32,000 bases of DNA. Source: Vibrio vulnificus CMCP6 (lineage in GTDB: Bacteria; Pseudomonadota; Gammaproteobacteria; Enterobacterales; Vibrionaceae). The stretch covers positions 150,001 to 182,000 of the forward strand of contig NC_004459.3 of the NCBI RefSeq assembly GCF_000039765.1. The letters run 5' to 3'. Below the pieces are notes generated by a model that worked only from the letters and a program-made list of their open reading frames with translations, was not told the DNA's origin and made no database searches. The position numbers and the translations under genes were made by a program. Below are positions 30,902 through 32,000 of this stretch, piece by piece. Position 1 is the stretch's first letter; each line of letters starts with the position of its first letter.

Positions 30902-32000
30902 TTAGCCCTTAGTCAAAAGCGAGTTAATGGCCGTTAAGAACTGGCTAGGATCTTCCATTGAGCCACGCTCTGCAAGCATTGCTTGACCCAGTAATACCTC
31001 TACCCAGCGGCCAAACGCTTCTTCATCCGTCTCATCCGCCATTTGCTTAACAAGCGTATGATTTGGGTTGATCTCAAAAATGTACTTCACTTCAGGAACA
31101 GCCTGCCCTGCTGCCGCCAGTAGCTTCGCCATCTGTGTGCCCATTTCGAAATCATCGGTCACCACCACCGCTGGGGTATTCGCTAGCTTAAAGGTGGTAC
31201 GCACCTCTTTCACACGATCACCCAAGTAGCTCTTGGTGCGCTCAACCACGGACTGGAACTCTTGTTCCGTTTCTTTCTGCTTCTCTTTCTCTTGCTCATC
31301 TTCAAATTGGCTAAGATCAAGGCCCGCTTTCGTGATTGACTGGAACTGCTTACCATCAAACTCTGTTAGGTAGTTCATCAACCATTCGTCAATACGGTCA
31401 AACATTAAGATAACTTCAAGACCTTTGGCTTTAAACTGCTCTAGGTGAGGGCTGTTTTTCGCTGCCGCATAGCTGTCTGCTGTGAGGTAGTAGATCTTGT
31501 CTTGGCCTTCTTTCATGCGCTCAACATAAGACTCAAGAGAAACGGTCTGCTCTGCAGAGTCCACTTCTGTCGAGGCAAAGCGTAACAACGACGCCACTTT
31601 CTCGCGGTTGGCGTAATCTTCGGCTGGACCCTCCTTCATCACCAAACCAAATTCTTTCCAGAAAGTTTGGTATTTATCTGTGTCATTTTTCGCCAAGCGC
31701 TCGAGCATGGTTAAAACACGTTTAGTGCACGCACCGCGTAGCGATTGAGTCACCTTGTTGTCTTGCAAGATCTCGCGAGAGACGTTGAGCGGCAGATCGT
31801 TGGAGTCAATCAAACCGCGGACAAAACGCAAGTAAGATGGCATAAATTGCTCAGCGTCATCCATGATGAAAACGCGCTGAACATAGAGTTTAAGACCAGA
31901 TTTATGGTCACGGTTCATCATATCCCAAGGCGCTTTCGATGGAATATAAAGGAGGCTGGTATAGTCGTTTTTGCCTTCTACTCGGTTGTGACTCCAAAGT
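30902..32000 (-). CDS. htpG: Molecular chaperone HtpG (Hsp90), C-terminal part, truncated by window edge
   Basis: Frame remains open to the window edge (...[79 protein letters not shown]). Confidence 0.97.
   Translation of the reverse strand, partial: LWSHNRVEGKNDYTSLLYIPSKAPWDMMNRDHKSGLKLYVQRVFIMDDAEQFMPSYLRFVRGLIDSNDLPLNVSREILQDNKVTQSLRGACTKRVLTMLERLAKNDTDKYQTFWKEFGLVMKEGPAEDYANREKVASLLRFASTEVDSAEQTVSLESYVERMKEGQDKIYYLTADSYAAAKNSPHLEQFKAKGLEVILMFDRIDEWLMNYLTEFDGKQFQSITKAGLDLSQFEDEQEKEKQKETEQEFQSVVERTKSYLGDRVKEVRTTFKLANTPAVVVTDDFEMGTQMAKLLAAAGQAVPEVKYIFEINPNHTLVKQMADETDEEAFGRWVEVLLGQAMLAERGSMEDPSQFLTAINSLLTKG

Overview
This 32 kb window is an ordinary core-chromosome segment from a Vibrio-like gammaproteobacterium (the genus is an inference from protein sequences and gene order). 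I see no CRISPR array, integron, transposase, prophage, rRNA/tRNA gene or recognisable defence or biosynthetic system. Gene order, left to right: partial sdhA, sdhD, sdhC (-); gltA (+); YbgI/Nif3-like (-); DUF1853 (+); a four-gene minus-strand cluster of YheO-type regulator, RidA, TcyP-like cystine transporter and CoA-disulfide-reductase-like flavoprotein; pgm and seqA (-); ybfF, DUF2788 and fldA (+); DUF4442 (-); fur (+); glnS and nagE (-); nagA and nagC (+); CPA2 antiporter (+); asnB (+); rfaH (-); POT peptide transporter (+); MCP (-); hemH, adk and partial htpG (-). Many neighbours resemble E. coli linkages (gltA/sdh, pgm-seqA-ybfF-fldA-fur, glnS-nagE-nagAC-asnB, htpG-adk-hemH). The best items for follow-up are: (1) the compact regulator/RidA/cystine-transporter/disulfide-reductase cluster, a plausible but uncertain cystine/persulfide module; (2) repeated TTTAAACTYAA motifs in the AT-rich region upstream of that cluster; (3) a 55-nt long imperfect hairpin just upstream of adk; (4) ArcA-, CRP- and NagC-like sites in the sdh and nag divergent regions; (5) an internal hairpin inside the cystine cluster and another between seqA and pgm. 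I did not find strong evidence for a wholly new biological system.
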